Below are positions 27,971-38,385 of a stretch of 64,000 bases of DNA, piece after piece. The notes under the pieces are model-generated. The model worked only from the letters and a program-made list of their open reading frames with translations, was not told the DNA's origin and ran no database searches. Origin of the DNA: Desulfomonilia bacterium (GTDB lineage: Bacteria > Desulfobacterota > Desulfomonilia > UBA1062). The DNA lies in NCBI GenBank assembly GCA_050014195.1, contig JBEKDT010000009.1:32001-96000 (forward strand). The letters are read 5' to 3'. Position 1 is the stretch's first letter. Each line of letters begins with the position of its first letter. Position numbers and translations under genes: made by a program.

Positions 27971-28363
27971 ATGAAAAGGGTAGCGATCATACTCTGTACC
28001 ATTGGGGTTCTTTCCTTAAGTGTGCATGCGCAGGATACGCTCCTGACAGCACAGAAAGGAGGAACCCCTCCTCCTGTTTCAACGAAGGTCGTAGCTCCAT
28101 TGGAGGTGAGAGGGAAGATCGACACCATCACTCTTTCAGAACCTTCTCTGGGTATCCGGCCGGAAATCACCGTATCAGGTGAAGACGGGAAAAAATACAC
28201 CTTCCTCATCAGGACCACCACAACCATTTATGGACCGGACTGGAAAGCGATATCCATTGATAAACTGGTGAAGGGACAGCAGGTAAGGGTTCAGTATATC
28301 ACCAACAAAGATGGCTTCCTGGTGGCACAATCCATTAAGCCGGCTCATGTAAAAAAGGGGTAA
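27971..28363 (+). CDS. Small exported protein, probable OB-fold
   Basis: Signal peptide ending VHA; GKIDTI...LVKGQQVRVQY...AQSI. Confidence 0.7.
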   Translation: MKRVAIILCTIGVLSLSVHAQDTLLTAQKGGTPPPVSTKVVAPLEVRGKIDTITLSEPSLGIRPEITVSGEDGKKYTFLIRTTTTIYGPDWKAISIDKLVKGQQVRVQYITNKDGFLVAQSIKPAHVKKG

Positions 28364-28457
28364 CCCCCGCTATTTTTTCCCGGATCAGCCTATCTTCAGC
28401 AACTTAGTGTTAACCTTTCTTCTTAATTAAACTGATAGGCAAGGATAGGTCTATACT

Positions 28458-28769
28458 ATGGTGAAGAAGATTATCATAAGCGTGATTATCATGCTATGTT
28501 TGAATCTATTTGTTGCGCATGATTCCTTTGCTGCTAGCCGTACGGTAATAAACTCTCATCGCGGCAGAGTATATTTTGAGATATGTCTCTTAGTCGGTGC
28601 GATCGCATCGGGCATATATTTTTTTATCAGTGATTCAAAAAGTTCAAGTCCCCAATCTGAACTTGACCTACCCAAGAATAGTGATCATCTATCAGAATCT
28701 GATATCCTGACGTATTCACAAGAGAAAATGATTTTTTCACCAGAGGGGCTTGTTATCTTTAGATGGTGA
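28458..28769 (+). CDS. Hypothetical membrane/exported protein
   Basis: Signal-like N-terminus plus one hydrophobic segment; ends LVIFRW. Confidence 0.45.
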   Translation: MVKKIIISVIIMLCLNLFVAHDSFAASRTVINSHRGRVYFEICLLVGAIASGIYFFISDSKSSSPQSELDLPKNSDHLSESDILTYSQEKMIFSPEGLVIFRW

Positions 28770-28803
28770 ATTTATTATCACACATTGTCCAAGTGGAATC
28801 CTC

Positions 28804-29745
28804 ATGCTATCACTTAAGCCCGTAATGCTCTTCATTTGGCAGAATATTCCCATCTTCTTAATCTGGCTCACCGGGCTTTCCATGATGGACACCGCCTTGC
28901 ACAGGGTCGTACCACCCCTGACTTTCGTTTCATGGCTTACCTTAGTCCCCCTTTTCACCTCGCTGATCCTTTTAGGCTTTGCCTTGAGAAATCACCCAAA
29001 TGGTTTTCGTCTCAAGAGATATCTTCTTTGGGTTGTGGCCCTGGCCGGTATGTATGCAATCACGATGTCCTTAAGGACCACTGCACCGCTGCCCATGGAT
29101 ACGCATAGACTCCTCTACGAGACCAGCGCCATCTTTGAATTCATCATCATCGCCCTGCATGCCCGAACCTGGCTAAAGGGATGGGGCTGGCTCTGGGTCT
29201 TTGGGTTCACGCTTTTCTTCGGTATGATCCTGGAGAATGGCGGTATCATGATGGGCTTCTTTAGGGAGGAGGGCTATCTTCTGTATCTACCGGGACTGCC
29301 CGCACCCATTGCCACCATGATTGGCTGGGTAAATATTCTCTATTGCGGCTTTTTTTCAGTAGAGAAACTATTACCCGAGATGCGGCCAATGCTGCGGGGT
29401 TTAGTATGTACCGGGATCGCTCTTTCCATGGACATCCCGTTTGATCCGGTGGCTACAAGACTTTCCTGGTGGGTGTGGAACGATGCGCTCACCATGAGTA
29501 TCTGGGGAGTGCCTATTGTCAATTATGTGGCATGGTTTTGGGCGCTGTTCCCCTATGCATGGTGTTATTACTGGGTGAGATTGGATGATGATCTGGCAGA
29601 AGGGAAGAAGTTCGCGCTTTTATCAGCGCTCATTCCTCCGATTTTAGTGGTGGAACTGGGAGGGGTGGTTATAAGCCTTGTCGCATTGGGAGATTATGGG
29701 GCGATAGAGATTATCAGGCATTTCATCAGTGGATTTATAACTTAA
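28804..29745 (+). CDS. Polytopic membrane protein with carotenoid-biosynthesis (CruF/DUF422-like) domain
   Basis: E..G, P....GW, MDIPFDPVA...WWVW, GVPIVNYVAWF motifs; start uncertain. Confidence 0.65.
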   Translation: MLSLKPVMLFIWQNIPIFLIWLTGLSMMDTALHRVVPPLTFVSWLTLVPLFTSLILLGFALRNHPNGFRLKRYLLWVVALAGMYAITMSLRTTAPLPMDTHRLLYETSAIFEFIIIALHARTWLKGWGWLWVFGFTLFFGMILENGGIMMGFFREEGYLLYLPGLPAPIATMIGWVNILYCGFFSVEKLLPEMRPMLRGLVCTGIALSMDIPFDPVATRLSWWVWNDALTMSIWGVPIVNYVAWFWALFPYAWCYYWVRLDDDLAEGKKFALLSALIPPILVVELGGVVISLVALGDYGAIEIIRHFISGFIT

Positions 29746-30877
29746 CCATGTGCCGGTATAAATCTTCATAACTTCGGGTAGTCTTGTCCTGGGAATAATA
29801 TTGGCTTATCCTATCGCGGGCGCGCGAGCCCATAGCTGATCGTTCTTCAGGAGTCATATTCGCTATTATCTCCCAAGCCTTGCACAGGTCATGAGATGAT
29901 TTCCTGTTCACGAGTATACCCGTATCTCCCATCAGTAATCCCGTGTCTCCTGCATCGGTAGCCGCACAGGGAACCCCGCAGGCCATGGCTTCGCCTATGG
30001 CGTTGGGGAAACCCTCGGATATGGAAGAGGAGGTAGCGATGTCAATAGATGGGAGTATATGCGGTATATCATCCCGCTCTCCCAGGAGGTGGAATTTCCT
30101 TTGATCCGAAGCTGCTCTCAAATAATCCCTGATAAGGGGGGTTTGGATTGTAATCTCTTTGCCTGCAAGGATGAAATGGGTATCAGGATGAGACTTCAAG
30201 AAGAGTCCCGCAGCAGTAAAGAACGTAGCATGGTCTTTCATGGGATCGAACCTGCCGATGAGGCCGATTACCAATGCATCATTAGTTATGTTGAGTTCTG
30301 CCCTGATCTGAGATCGTGCATTTATATCAGGCTTGAATATTTTAGTATCAAATCCATTGGGAATGATAATCCACTTCTTGGGATGGTAGCCGAGCCCTTT
30401 ATGCACCTCCCTGCCGGCGTTGGAATTAGCTGCCACTGCGTAAGGAATACCCGATAACCTTGCGCCGGCCATTACTGCAAAACGATAGATCGGGCCGTAG
30501 AGAGAGAGATCTAAGTCGGAGCAGCGGATGTTCCAGATGGTTTTTTTCCGCTCAGGGATGGCCAGACCCAAGAGATTCGCATGGTACATCCAGCATTGAA
30601 TGATGTCCGGTCTCATGAGTCTCGCCAGGAATCGAAGCCGAGGGACAGCCCTTATATCAGGCATGCCCTTTTTCATGTTGAGGCTGTAAAGGGAAATGCC
30701 GGCCTGTTCCAGCCTGTGGCCGATAATGCCGGGCTTTGTCATGCAGACGACATGATTTTCAAAGGTGCTTTTATCCATGGTGGAGATGAGCCTGAAGAGG
30801 TTCTGCTCCGCACCTCCCACATCGAGGGTGGATATGAGGTGGAGGATCTTGATGGGCCTGTTTATTTGATTAGACAA
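29735..30877 (-). CDS. Glycosyltransferase family 4
   Basis: GGAEQ, WMYHAN, IPNGFD, SEGFPNAIGEAMACG. Confidence 0.9.
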   Translation of the reverse strand: MSNQINRPIKILHLISTLDVGGAEQNLFRLISTMDKSTFENHVVCMTKPGIIGHRLEQAGISLYSLNMKKGMPDIRAVPRLRFLARLMRPDIIQCWMYHANLLGLAIPERKKTIWNIRCSDLDLSLYGPIYRFAVMAGARLSGIPYAVAANSNAGREVHKGLGYHPKKWIIIPNGFDTKIFKPDINARSQIRAELNITNDALVIGLIGRFDPMKDHATFFTAAGLFLKSHPDTHFILAGKEITIQTPLIRDYLRAASDQRKFHLLGERDDIPHILPSIDIATSSSISEGFPNAIGEAMACGVPCAATDAGDTGLLMGDTGILVNRKSSHDLCKAWEIIANMTPEERSAMGSRARDRISQYYSQDKTTRSYEDLYRHMVKL

Positions 30878-32783
30878 TGTACCTTTTCCTCCACATCATG
30901 AAAACAAGCAGCAGCCAAATGCGATCAACCGCAACGGACCCCTTTTTATCTTTGAAGGCAGCCACGGTTTTAAAGACCACATTCGAGTCGATCTCGGTCT
31001 GTTCTGCAAGGGCATCGGGGTTCAGATATTCTTCTACAAGGTCCATGAGATCATCATGAAGCCAGGTATAGACGGGTACGGCGAAGCCCTGCTTCGGACG
31101 TATAAAGAGGTTTTCCGGCAGGTACCTTGCAAGGAGTTTTCTCAAGAGGTATTTCATTCGGCCCTGTCGATATTTAAATTCCATAGGGAGGCGCAGGGCG
31201 AATTCCACAATCCGATGGTCAAGCAAGGGATCCCTTCCTTCAAGGCCGACGGACATGGTTGCCCTATCAACCTTTGTAAGGATGTCCTCGGGTAAGTAGT
31301 ATTTCATGTCCCAGAGCATCATGGAGGGCATCAAAGAAGCCCCTATGTCTTTCAGGGATGGCCGCGGGTCATTATAGAATCCGAGGAGCTCCCTGGTCTC
31401 GCGGGGCAGCCAGTAGGCGATGACATAGGGGTATACACCCTTGGCATTGCCTTGCCAGTCGACAAGCACTGCCTGGAGCTTACGCATGCGGTCCCTTATG
31501 GCCGGCCGCCTGAGTTTCGGGTATATGCTTGCCAGATCCGCCATCGCGTCGGTCCCCATGGCTTTCATGATTTTTCCCACAGACCTTGGGATGATTTTCG
31601 GCATAGGAGAGAGATATTTCTCAAGCCTACTCATGACCAGGTAGTTATGATATCCGCAGAAAAGCTCGTCTCCGCCATCGGCCGAGAGGGATACCTTCAC
31701 ATGCCTTCTGGTAATCTGTGAGACAACGGTAGTGGGAATGCCGGAGATGTCGCCGAAGGGCTCGTCATAGATCTCGGGCCACCGGGGGAGGATTGCCCTG
31801 GCATGTTCGGGAGTAACGATCTCCTCGGTGTGCTCGGTGCCCAGGTGCTCTGCTATGTCCCTTGCCCAGCCAGACTCGTCGTAGCCCTTTTCTTTAAAAC
31901 CGATGGTGAAGGTCTTGATGGCTGTTGAGGTGTGCCGGGCGAGTATGGCGGTTACTAATGATGAATCGATGCCGCCTGACAAAAAGACCCCCACGGGCAC
32001 ATCCGCTATGAGTCGCTTGGTGAAGGCATCCACCATGAGTTCTTCTGCTTGGTCGAGCAGAGTGTGCTCGGCCCCGGCCAGCTCAGGTTGCTGATATGCC
32101 TTTTCGAGGGACCAGTATTGATGCCTTTCAATTGTAAGGTCCTGATGGACCTTGATCCAGTGGCCCGGTTCAAGCTTATGGGCATGCTTATAAATAGACC
32201 GGGGGGCGGCTATGTACCCGTAATGGAAGAATTCCCCAAGGGCCTCCCGATCAATCTCTAGCTGTATGGCAGGCCCTGCATGCAGGGCCTTGAGCTCAGA
32301 GGCAAAGGCAAAGGTGCCGGCATGGAGATAATAATAAAGCGGCTTGACCCCCATGCGGTCGCGGAAAAGATACATGCATTTTTCCCGGGCGTCCCATATG
32401 GCATAGGCGAACATGCCGATGAACCGTTCCACGGAAGAAGGACCCCAGGCAATGAATGCATTGAGAATCACCTCGGTGTCCGATACGCCCGTGAAGCATA
32501 ACCCTCGGGCCTCAAGTTGGGGTCTCAGTTCCCGATAATTATACACCTCGCCGTTGTAGCAGACGGTGAACCTGCCGTCAGGGCTTGTCATGGGCTGGTG
32601 ACCGGTCTCGGTGAGATCGATGATGGAGAGCCTACGGTGGCCCAGGGCAAGCCCGGCAGCCTGATCCACATACAGCCCGGCATCATCCGGGCCTCCATGG
32701 GTCATGGTGTCGCGCATGGCTATACACCTGCGGGACAGCACTTCCAGGTTATCTTCAGTCCAGATTCCGGCTATTCGGCACAT
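30870..32783 (-). CDS. asnB: Asparagine synthase-like glutamine amidotransferase (polysaccharide amidation)
   Basis: N-terminal Cys2, HRRLSIIDL, NGEVYN, FLSGGIDSS, KVDRATM. Confidence 0.9.
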   Translation of the reverse strand: MCRIAGIWTEDNLEVLSRRCIAMRDTMTHGGPDDAGLYVDQAAGLALGHRRLSIIDLTETGHQPMTSPDGRFTVCYNGEVYNYRELRPQLEARGLCFTGVSDTEVILNAFIAWGPSSVERFIGMFAYAIWDAREKCMYLFRDRMGVKPLYYYLHAGTFAFASELKALHAGPAIQLEIDREALGEFFHYGYIAAPRSIYKHAHKLEPGHWIKVHQDLTIERHQYWSLEKAYQQPELAGAEHTLLDQAEELMVDAFTKRLIADVPVGVFLSGGIDSSLVTAILARHTSTAIKTFTIGFKEKGYDESGWARDIAEHLGTEHTEEIVTPEHARAILPRWPEIYDEPFGDISGIPTTVVSQITRRHVKVSLSADGGDELFCGYHNYLVMSRLEKYLSPMPKIIPRSVGKIMKAMGTDAMADLASIYPKLRRPAIRDRMRKLQAVLVDWQGNAKGVYPYVIAYWLPRETRELLGFYNDPRPSLKDIGASLMPSMMLWDMKYYLPEDILTKVDRATMSVGLEGRDPLLDHRIVEFALRLPMEFKYRQGRMKYLLRKLLARYLPENLFIRPKQGFAVPVYTWLHDDLMDLVEEYLNPDALAEQTEIDSNVVFKTVAAFKDKKGSVAVDRIWLLLVFMMWRKRYIV

Positions 32784-32844
32784 TTGTTGTGTAAGGTTTC
32801 ATATCGACTTTTCACCAAGGCTGCCTGTAGTTGGCTGCATGTGC

Positions 32845-34779
32845 TCATTGCACTTCATGCCAGGCTTGGAACATGAGCACGTCCCAAAGCAGATACTGCC
32901 AATTGCTCTGACCGGTAAGGTGCGCCGTCCACTTTGCCCGGATAGGACCTGGATTGAAGAAACCTTCCTGCTTAAGGCGGTTTTCATCCAACATACTCTC
33001 TGCCCACTCACGAAGCGGACCCCGTAACCATTGATCGATGGGTACTCCAAAGCCCATTTTGGGTCGTTCAACAGTTTTCTTCGGAACATAGCGGTATAGA
33101 ATTTGGCGTAAAGCCCATTTGCCCTGGTCTGCGCGTATTTTCATTGCTAGGGGCAGGCGCCAGGAGAATTCTACGACCCGGTGATCCAGAAATGGTACAC
33201 GCGTCTCCAGGGAAACAGCCATTGCAGCCCGATCCACCTTAACCAGGATATCGTCAGGCAGGTACGTTATGAGATCCAGATACATCATGCGGTATTCTTG
33301 GGTTTTACAGTCAAGCCACAGCTTAGGTTCATTGACCACCGTCTCCGGCTCCTTGCTGTTGAGAACTATTGAAGTAGGGTCATGCCAGTGAGACAGTAAA
33401 CTTAAATAGAGTGTTTCGAGTGTATCAGAGCCTATGGTCCCTGCCAGCTCGTGTAATTTGGTACCAGGCCTTGTGGCATTGCGCAGTCTTGATGGCAGCA
33501 CGGGGCGCAGAAGCACAAATAACCTGTCCCAGGCAGCCGGCGGTAGAAAGGTTACTGCCTTGATCAGTTTCCGATGAAGGGCATCCGAGAACCGGTTGAT
33601 ATGCCGATAGAGTTCCATGGCCCTGAAATACCGTGGGTAGCCACCGAAGAGTTCATCTCCGCCATCACCTGATAGGCTTACAGTCACATGTCGTCGTGTG
33701 AGTTCCGATACGAGAAAGGTTGGAATCTGGGAAGAATCGGCAAAGGGTTCGTCGTAAATTGCCGGTAGTTTTGGTATTACGGCCTGGCATTCTTTGGGTG
33801 TGACATAAAGCTCGGTGTGTTCGGTGCCCAGATGACGGGCAACGGCTTCTGCATGTACGGCCTCGTTATATTGCTCCTCATGAAAACCGATGGTGAATGT
33901 CTTTACTCTTTGAGTGGATTGTGCCTGCATGAGCGCCACGATCAAGGACGAGTCGAAACCGCCTGAGAGGAATGCACCGAGCGGGACATCGGAGATCATC
34001 TGTGCCCTGACCGCTGCCTTCAGGAGGTTTTCAAGCTCGTCAACCGCCTCATGTTCATCTCCGCAAAAGGGGTTTGCAAGTCCTGTCAGAGCCGTGTGCC
34101 GTGCCGACCAGTAGGTTGCCGGGCGGGCTTGATCATCGGGAGATGCCAGCGTTAAAAAACTACCCGGTATTATTTTGAATATGCCCTCGTAAATACTCCA
34201 CGGAGCAGGAATGTAGTTGTGCCGCATTAACAGTGCCAATGCATCCCGGTTTATCGAGGCATTGAAGCCTGGGAATGCGCGCAGTGCTTTCAGTTCGGAG
34301 GCGAATACCAGTGTCTTGCCTATTTTGCCGTAATACAACGGCTTTTCGCCTATCCTGTCGCGGGACAAGGTAAGTTTCCGCTCTTTCTGATCCCAGATAG
34401 CGAAAGCGAACATGCCCACGCTTTCCTCCAGCGTACGCTTGATGCCCCACACGTCGATCGCCTCCAGGAGAGTTTCAGTGTCGGAATGTCCGCGCCAGGG
34501 AAAAGAAGCAAGTTTCTTGCGTAACTCAAGGTGATTATAGATCTCGCCGTTAAAGACGATCACATATCTGCCGGAAGCTGATGCCATGGGTTGATGTCCT
34601 GCAGCGCTTAAATCAAGGATTGAAAGTCGCCGATGTGCCAGGGCAATCCCTGCCGAGTCATCCGTCCAAACTCCGCTGTCATCCGGACCCCGGTGGACTA
34701 GTGTGTCAGCCATGATGCGAACACTCTCGCTCAAGTCAGATGAGCCTGGATGTGTTAGGAAGCCGGCTATGCCACACAT
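32845..34779 (-). CDS. asnB: Asparagine synthase-like glutamine amidotransferase (WbpS-like)
   Basis: MCGIAG, HRGPD, FLSGGFDSS, SGDGGDELFGGY, KVDRAAMAVSLETRVPFLDH. Confidence 0.92.
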   Translation of the reverse strand: MCGIAGFLTHPGSSDLSESVRIMADTLVHRGPDDSGVWTDDSAGIALAHRRLSILDLSAAGHQPMASASGRYVIVFNGEIYNHLELRKKLASFPWRGHSDTETLLEAIDVWGIKRTLEESVGMFAFAIWDQKERKLTLSRDRIGEKPLYYGKIGKTLVFASELKALRAFPGFNASINRDALALLMRHNYIPAPWSIYEGIFKIIPGSFLTLASPDDQARPATYWSARHTALTGLANPFCGDEHEAVDELENLLKAAVRAQMISDVPLGAFLSGGFDSSLIVALMQAQSTQRVKTFTIGFHEEQYNEAVHAEAVARHLGTEHTELYVTPKECQAVIPKLPAIYDEPFADSSQIPTFLVSELTRRHVTVSLSGDGGDELFGGYPRYFRAMELYRHINRFSDALHRKLIKAVTFLPPAAWDRLFVLLRPVLPSRLRNATRPGTKLHELAGTIGSDTLETLYLSLLSHWHDPTSIVLNSKEPETVVNEPKLWLDCKTQEYRMMYLDLITYLPDDILVKVDRAAMAVSLETRVPFLDHRVVEFSWRLPLAMKIRADQGKWALRQILYRYVPKKTVERPKMGFGVPIDQWLRGPLREWAESMLDENRLKQEGFFNPGPIRAKWTAHLTGQSNWQYLLWDVLMFQAWHEVQ

Positions 34780-35030
34780 AGTATGATCAAAAGGTTATTC
34801 ATACAGGGAGTCTATGATTATAGTGATGTTCTCATGCATCTCTCAAGAGTAATGCCAGAGTTGTTACATTTTACTGCAATTTGGTTGGCCAAGGTAATTC
34901 ACCTAGGGGTAAAACCGTCAAATCAAATCCTTCCTTCACCCCTTTATGTCCATATTTGTAGCTCATTCGATTATACGACCTCGCGTCGTGGCCAATGTGG
35001 AAGCTCCAGCCGTGCAATTTCGCGCATAAG

Positions 35031-35873
35031 CTAGAGTGAATTGTTGGCTTTACTCAACGCGTGAATTAGTGGCTCTGATGTTTCAATACCTTTTATAAGA
35101 AAGCCTCCTCCTCCAGACAGTGAAATCATTTTTTCTGGTTTGTTTTGTAAAAGCTGGTTAACCGCCTTTGTTGCCCCTGGACAACTAGTAAACCCATAGT
35201 CATCACAGACGATGACCCCGCCTTCATTCATTCGGGGATAGAAGAAATCGAGACTGTCCAAGGTTGGATGATATAAATCTACATCAATATGGACAAAACA
35301 AAACTTGTTATGCTCAATATCCGGAAATCGTTGAGGTATCCAACCTTTGTGAAAACTGATATTACTAAACATCGACAAGTTTTCTCTTACTGTTTCTATA
35401 GGGCAAGATAATGCTCCCTCTGTCCAATGTTTTCCATCGCACTCCGAAGGCTTTGATAAACCTTCAAAAGAATCAAAAAGATAGTGAGTTCGATTAAATA
35501 ATTCATTTTCTTGATTCATTTTGCATATTATGTACGATCCTGCGCCCGTATATACGCCACACTCTGCAGTATCTCCTGGGACCTTTCTAACTAACCGCAT
35601 CAACTGATATAACATCCAGCGGCGATCCGTGTTCATATTGTTTATTTCGCAGAATCTAACAAGATATTCGTTAAAGACAGGATCACTCCACCATTCAATT
35701 TGAGGCCACTTAAATCTGTAATCTGGCACAAGTATTTTCCCAATCTTGCGTAGTATTTCAAAGCGAGCAAGTGGGTCTTTATTGACTACCATCATATTAA
35801 TAAAAAAAATTAGAATTTTCATCACTGCTATCCAAAATAAATCTGATTTCTGATTCGTGTCAAAGCAAATCAA
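35031..35873 (-). CDS. TylF/MycF family O-methyltransferase
   Basis: GDTAECGVY.G, LFDSFEG, KGWIP, FVHIDVDLY, CDDYG; start uncertain. Confidence 0.85.
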   Translation of the reverse strand: MICFDTNQKSDLFWIAVMKILIFFINMMVVNKDPLARFEILRKIGKILVPDYRFKWPQIEWWSDPVFNEYLVRFCEINNMNTDRRWMLYQLMRLVRKVPGDTAECGVYTGAGSYIICKMNQENELFNRTHYLFDSFEGLSKPSECDGKHWTEGALSCPIETVRENLSMFSNISFHKGWIPQRFPDIEHNKFCFVHIDVDLYHPTLDSLDFFYPRMNEGGVIVCDDYGFTSCPGATKAVNQLLQNKPEKMISLSGGGGFLIKGIETSEPLIHALSKANNSL

Positions 35874-36039
35874 TGAGTTTTAGGTATGGAATGAGAGGTT
35901 TGTCCAAATCATGGGAAATGCCTCAAGTGAGAGGATAAAAGAGGAAAATTAGAGATCTGAAAAGTAACAAATTATAGTTTTTTTATGAAAAATTATCTCA
36001 AAACTGATGGTCCGGTGCTAAATTCGAAATATGCAAAGG

Positions 36040-36344
36040 TCTCTGTCTGAATGTCCGCACCAGGCGATTGCATCAAGTTGTGTGCGTAACTCAAGATGAT
36101 TATAGATCTCGCCATTGAAGACGATCACATATCTGCCGGAAGCGGATATCATAGGTTGATGTCAAGCAGCGCTTAAATCAAGGATTGAAAGTCGCCGATG
36201 TGCCAGCGCTATCCCTGCTGCTTCATCAGCCCAAACACCGCTGTCATCCGGGCCCCGGTGGATTAGTGTGTCAGCCATGATGCGAACACTCTCACTTAAG
36301 TTAGATGAGCCTGGATGTGTTAGGAAGCCGGTTATGCCACACAT
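36040..36344 (-). pseudogene. Truncated duplicate of the 5' end of asnB (32845-34779)
   Basis: Near-identical N-terminus MCGITGFLTHPGSSNLSES...; GGA>TGA nonsense at 36162-36164; homology continues (HQPM...NGEIYNHLELR...GHSD) then stops. Confidence 0.88.
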
Positions 36345-36441
36345 ATGATCCCCATGAAGTTGTCCATGTCAGAATGGTTTTATACAAATGATCTGCATTG
36401 TATACTGAGTAAACGTTTTAACTGGATACAACTCCGGGACA

Positions 36442-37260
36442 TTAAACTTTTCGGAAAACGAACTCGTTGTTTCCTATGCCCTGTCGTGTAATGAGTCGTT
36501 GTAAGGTGAAGCCGTGTCCACGACAGAAATTGAAAACGACATCAGGAGTTGCCACCTCATACGGCCATCCTCCCATCCAGTCCACCAAGTCATGCCAGGG
36601 GGACATGCCTCTTGACTTTATATAGGCCCGCCAGGAAGCCATGGGTCGCATGGCTAAGAATTCATTCAGGCAGGTTCTTCCCCAGAAGTGCAGAAAACCA
36701 TAGGTGAGCAGAATAGGTCTGATCCAGGGTCTTTTGTTATAATGATATTTAATCCTGGCCCAACGGGATGATTTATAGCCTTCGTCATTGTAGATTGCGA
36801 TAAAAAGTAGGCCCTTGTCATTGACCATAGCAACTACGTTTTCCATAGCCTTCCAGAGATCTCCTGTGTGGTGCAATACGCCCCAAGAATAGACGATATC
36901 CCATTTACCCAGCTTGGCTAGGTAAGCGGAGTCCAGGACAGAACCTTGTTCTATCACCCAGTCCGGGTCTCCCGGGAAGAAACGCCTCTTAAGCTCAAGC
37001 GCGCAGGAAACCGAATGGGTGTCAAAGTCAAATGAGTGTACTGTTGCGCCCAAACGGCGTGCAGCCAGGGAGAAGAGCCCGCTGCCGTTGCCTATATCAA
37101 GAAATGTTTTGCCGCTTAAGTCATTCAATTCCAGCATATCTTTAAGCGAATCCTCGGCCTGCTTGATTCGCTCTTCATTTAGAACACTTAAAAATCGCGA
37201 CCAGTTCTCGCCAAAGGCAAAACGCTCACCTTGCTTGATTTCCTTACTTGCATCGTTCAT
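36442..37260 (-). CDS. Class I SAM-dependent methyltransferase
   Basis: RFAFGENW, FLDIGNGSG, DIVYSWGVLHHTG, DWMGGWPYE. Confidence 0.88.
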   Translation of the reverse strand: MNDASKEIKQGERFAFGENWSRFLSVLNEERIKQAEDSLKDMLELNDLSGKTFLDIGNGSGLFSLAARRLGATVHSFDFDTHSVSCALELKRRFFPGDPDWVIEQGSVLDSAYLAKLGKWDIVYSWGVLHHTGDLWKAMENVVAMVNDKGLLFIAIYNDEGYKSSRWARIKYHYNKRPWIRPILLTYGFLHFWGRTCLNEFLAMRPMASWRAYIKSRGMSPWHDLVDWMGGWPYEVATPDVVFNFCRGHGFTLQRLITRQGIGNNEFVFRKV

Positions 37261-38374
37261 CCGTTGTTTCTCCTTTTTTTGAAATGTTCTCGATCAGGGC
37301 ATCCCATTTGGCCATGATAGTTTCTTGGGAAAAGGTTGTCTTAACTTTCAAGGCCTGAACACCCAGGCGCTGACGAAGGCTTTCGTCATCTATTATTTTT
37401 TGCATGGCATTGCTCAGTGCTGTGACATCCTCTGCCGGCACGAGCAAACCGTTTATGTCATTATTAATGATTTCTGCAGGGGCACTGGGACAGTCGGTGG
37501 CAATAACCGCACAGCCGCATGCCATGGCTTCCAAGAGGGCATTGGGGAACCCTTCATATCGTGAAGTCAGGACAAACAAACTGGTTTTCTGCATCCATTC
37601 GGCAGGTTCCTTGACAATTCCTGGCAGATGAACCGAAGCGGTAAGGCCCAAGCCGGATATGAGCCTTTCAAGATTTAGTCTTTCGTTACCTTCTCCCAGG
37701 ATCGTCATATCCCAGCCTTTTTGAGCTCCTTCCGCAGCGGCAAAGGCGCGGATCAATAGATCGTGACCTTTTTCTATGCCGAGTCGGCCCACAGAGAGGA
37801 TCATGGATTTTTCCCGGTCGGATATCTTGCAGCTTGGCATAGTGCGGACGAAGTTGGGGATCACTGAGGTCTTGCAGGCAGGGACCACGCGTTGGGCCCA
37901 CCCAGCAACCGATTGGGTTTGTACCACCAGGGCTGCTGAAAAAGGATAGAATAAGCGGCGTGCCAAGGACCAGAACCGGCTGATCGGGTTATAGCGTGGA
38001 TCTGTCCTTTCTGAGATGATTACAGGTATTTTTGTACCGATAAGGGCAACCAGAGTTCGAACATTAGTAAGATCCATAAAACTGATTACGAGATCGGGCC
38101 TTGATTTGAGGATGGCTTTGCGAAGTTTGATAATGCGACGGATTCGTTTGTCGATTATCTGCCATGGGGTGCGGGCTCTTCCCCATAAATCCAGAGTGCT
38201 CCTTTCCACTTTTGGGTTTAACTGGTAATGGTCTTGATCGGTTCCCGAGAGGGTGAGTACAGTGACCCTTTGGTTATGAATAACCCACCAGTTTGCCATC
38301 TCTGAAATGATTCTTTCGGCACCGCCTGCTGAAAGAGAAGAAACAACCAGGAGTATATGGCGAGTTTTACACAT
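37244..38374 (-). CDS. Glycosyltransferase family 4 (paralogue C)
   Basis: LSAGGAER, SERTDP, IPNF, EGFPNALLEAMACG. Confidence 0.9.
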   Translation of the reverse strand: MCKTRHILLVVSSLSAGGAERIISEMANWWVIHNQRVTVLTLSGTDQDHYQLNPKVERSTLDLWGRARTPWQIIDKRIRRIIKLRKAILKSRPDLVISFMDLTNVRTLVALIGTKIPVIISERTDPRYNPISRFWSLARRLFYPFSAALVVQTQSVAGWAQRVVPACKTSVIPNFVRTMPSCKISDREKSMILSVGRLGIEKGHDLLIRAFAAAEGAQKGWDMTILGEGNERLNLERLISGLGLTASVHLPGIVKEPAEWMQKTSLFVLTSRYEGFPNALLEAMACGCAVIATDCPSAPAEIINNDINGLLVPAEDVTALSNAMQKIIDDESLRQRLGVQALKVKTTFSQETIMAKWDALIENISKKGETTDERCK

Positions 38375-38385
38375 GGATCTTGTTA

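Noticed and set aside
34783-35034. 83-aa plus-strand ORF
   Set aside because: Antisense to the operon, no motifs.
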